64,000 nucleotides of DNA from Candidatus Dojkabacteria bacterium (GTDB lineage: Bacteria; Patescibacteriota; Dojkabacteria; J137): NCBI GenBank assembly GCA_040006935.1, contig JBDTVZ010000001.1:103772-167771 (forward strand), given 5' to 3'. This document shows positions 61,969 through 64,000 of this stretch, piece after piece (the first letter of the stretch is position 1; each line of letters starts with the position of its first letter). The notes below the pieces were generated by a model. It saw only the letters and a list, made by a program, of their open reading frames with translations. It was not told the DNA's origin and ran no database searches. The translations under genes were made by a program, and so were the position numbers.

Positions 61969-62691
61969 ATGATTAAAAAGTTTTTTATTGCTTTTTATAG
62001 ACTTTCGAGAATTAAAGTAATTTTAAAAGATTACTTTATTCCTCTGACAATCATATCTATTTTTGCATCGGGATTTAAAGTTAGTATTTTTGATTATGTG
62101 ATTGCCATATTAGTTTCACTTTCTGTTCATTGTTACTCTTTTATTGTCAACGATTGCGAGGATGCAGAAGATGATGCTATGGATCCAAAGAAAGTACATC
62201 GAAATCCAATCTCAGATAAATTTATAACTTATAAGCAAGGATTAATGTTCCTGCAGATAACTTCATTTCCTACTTTAATTATAGTTTTAGTTTTTCAAAG
62301 TATTCCAGCTTCTTTAATTATTCTTTCCGCACTACTTGCAGGACATTTCTACTCTTGGAAAACTGTTAGATTTAAATCTTATCCATTTATAGATTTACTT
62401 TCACATTGTTATGCACTCGGAGTTTTTCAAGTTGTTTATTTTATGCTGCTTTCAAACGGAGAAAATAGTTTAATTGGAGTGTTTTCTATTGTAGGTATTG
62501 GGTTATTTTCTATGGGAGGCGCTTTATATAATCAAATTAGAGATTTTGAAGTAGATGTAAAATCTAAATTAAATAATACGGCAATTACAATTGGGAAAGG
62601 AAATGCGAATATGCTTTCAATCCTCTTTTACTCACTTGGAGTTTCGTTAATTGCTGTCGCAATTATTTTAAGACTTGCCAAGTTTTCTTAA
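61969..62691 (+). CDS. UbiA-family prenyltransferase
   Basis: NDCEDAEDD...NPI; NQIRDFEVD; multiple TMs. Confidence 0.85.
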   Translation: MIKKFFIAFYRLSRIKVILKDYFIPLTIISIFASGFKVSIFDYVIAILVSLSVHCYSFIVNDCEDAEDDAMDPKKVHRNPISDKFITYKQGLMFLQITSFPTLIIVLVFQSIPASLIILSALLAGHFYSWKTVRFKSYPFIDLLSHCYALGVFQVVYFMLLSNGENSLIGVFSIVGIGLFSMGGALYNQIRDFEVDVKSKLNNTAITIGKGNANMLSILFYSLGVSLIAVAIILRLAKFS

Positions 62692-62747
62692 CATTCCAAG
62701 CTTTTCCTGCTACTATTAATTGAATTATTCAATTATTTTCTTACTAA

Positions 62748-63698
62748 ATGAGAGAGAAAATAGCAGCAGCAATTGTAGCAGTATTGATTTTGCTAACAGC
62801 TGCACCTTATATTTTTACTCTCCCTTCAGACGATTATAGGAAACCAGAACAACTTGCGGGGTTCAATTCGCTATTTGATACTATTAATGGTGTGAAAATT
62901 CACTACGAAATTTATGGTGATCCAGTTAACCCTGCAGTGATTTTAATTCATGGATTTGGTGGTTCAACATTTACTTGGAGAGATACAATTCCAGCTCTTT
63001 TAGAAAATAAATTCTACGTAGTTGCACTAGATTTAAAAGGTTTTGGTCTAAGTGAAAGAGGGATAAATCTAGACTACTCCCACGAGTCTCAAGCAAACTT
63101 AGTTAATGACTTAATGGATAATCTAGGCATAAAGGAGGCGTTTATTGTTGGACATAGCATGGGAGGGAATGTTGCGACTTTCCTAACTGAGCTCCATCCC
63201 GAAAAAGTTCGGAAACTAATTCTTGTTGATGCACAGATTTTTAGACCAAATTACGATATTATAAAAGTTTCTCAAGTCTCTCAACTAATAACAGTATTTC
63301 CATTTGATCAATATGCACGACAAATTTTACTTAGGTATATAACACCAAGCACGGTGAGAAATATTTTATCTTCCGCATATTATGATAAAGATTTAGTAAC
63401 AGACTACACAGTTGATGGTTATGCGCAGTCCTTGAAAATTAAAGATTGGCAAGAATCGTTAATTGGAATAATCCGAGATCAATATAAAAATAATTTGCCA
63501 AATCCATTAGAAAAAATCGAGAAACCAGTAAGAATAATTTGGGGATTGCAGGATACTTGGATAAATTTGGAGGAAGGTAAAAAAATTAATATTGAAATAA
63601 AAGGTTCTGTCATGGATGTAATTGAGAATGCAGGGCATATGCCAATGGAAGAAAGTCCAGAGGACTTTAATGCTATACTTTTGAAAGACCTAAAATAA
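62748..63698 (+). CDS. alpha/beta hydrolase with N-terminal TM
   Basis: LIHGF, DLKGFG.S, GHSMGG, WG.QD, AGH. Confidence 0.9.
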   Translation: MREKIAAAIVAVLILLTAAPYIFTLPSDDYRKPEQLAGFNSLFDTINGVKIHYEIYGDPVNPAVILIHGFGGSTFTWRDTIPALLENKFYVVALDLKGFGLSERGINLDYSHESQANLVNDLMDNLGIKEAFIVGHSMGGNVATFLTELHPEKVRKLILVDAQIFRPNYDIIKVSQVSQLITVFPFDQYARQILLRYITPSTVRNILSSAYYDKDLVTDYTVDGYAQSLKIKDWQESLIGIIRDQYKNNLPNPLEKIEKPVRIIWGLQDTWINLEEGKKINIEIKGSVMDVIENAGHMPMEESPEDFNAILLKDLK

Positions 63699-63815
63699 CA
63701 AATACCAAATTTCCAAATCTTAAATCAAGAGTTTCAAAAATTCATAAAACAAAGTTTGTATTTTTTTAATTTGTAATTTGTTGGATATTGGTATTTAATA
63801 TTTGTTATTTGTTAT
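63695..63815. repeat. inverted heptamer arrays upstream of bcp
   Basis: AATAACA AATACCA AATTTCC ... ATATTTG TTATTTG. Confidence 0.55.
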
Positions 63816-63819
63816 TATC

Positions 63820-64000
63820 ATGCTCAGAAAAGGAGACCAAATTCCACAAAATATTTTAATTATTGACGAGAACAATAAAGAAGTAACTTTATCTGACTAC
63901 TTAACTTCCAAATATCTTGTAGTCTACTTTTATCCAAAAGACCAAACTCCAGGCTGTACAGAGGAAGCTTGTTCTTTTAGGGATAACAATGAGAAGTTAA
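63820..64000 (+). CDS. bcp: peroxiredoxin Bcp, N-terminal part (runs off window end)
   Basis: MLRKGDQIP...VVYFYPKDQTPGCTEEACSFRD. Confidence 0.9.
   Translation, partial: MLRKGDQIPQNILIIDENNKEVTLSDYLTSKYLVVYFYPKDQTPGCTEEACSFRDNNEKL

Noticed and set aside
1-64000. CRISPR array, prophage, IS transposase, rRNA, or TGA recoding
   Set aside because: No regularly spaced repeats, no phage or transposase motifs, no rRNA-like segment; gatA and secA-region genes are full length under code 11 and gatA ends at TGA.

Overview
AT-rich bacterial chromosomal window using genetic code 11 (TGA is a stop). Gene content, scarce Shine-Dalgarno motifs, tRNAs without encoded CCA and many orphan genes suggest a Patescibacteria/CPR genome, possibly Dojkabacteria (inference). 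It carries housekeeping genes (mutS, asnS, gatA, radA, leuS, recX, alpha2-type glyQS, ppa, ychF, a clpC-like ATPase, secA), tRNA-Glu, tRNA-Asn and RNase P RNA. It also has ku-ligD divergent from an alpha-glucan operon, two sortase-fusion proteins and a 1682-aa multi-hydrolase. Most notable: (1) a very small glycine T-box with the GGC specifier in the loop of an 18-nt hairpin; (2) a DUF559 endonuclease cassette with inverted palindromic ends sitting between that T-box and glyQS; (3) a GIY-YIG cassette at tRNA-Glu that duplicates the tRNA 5' half; (4) several families of short palindromes and 7-nt-period arrays found in-frame in essential genes, in RNase P RNA, in a tRNA anticodon and nested in each other; (5) two 463-aa proteins carrying their own LPNTSG motif directly before an intact sortase; (6) an uncalled 56-aa metallothionein-like ORF. 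All family assignments come from motif recognition by eye, with no database searches.
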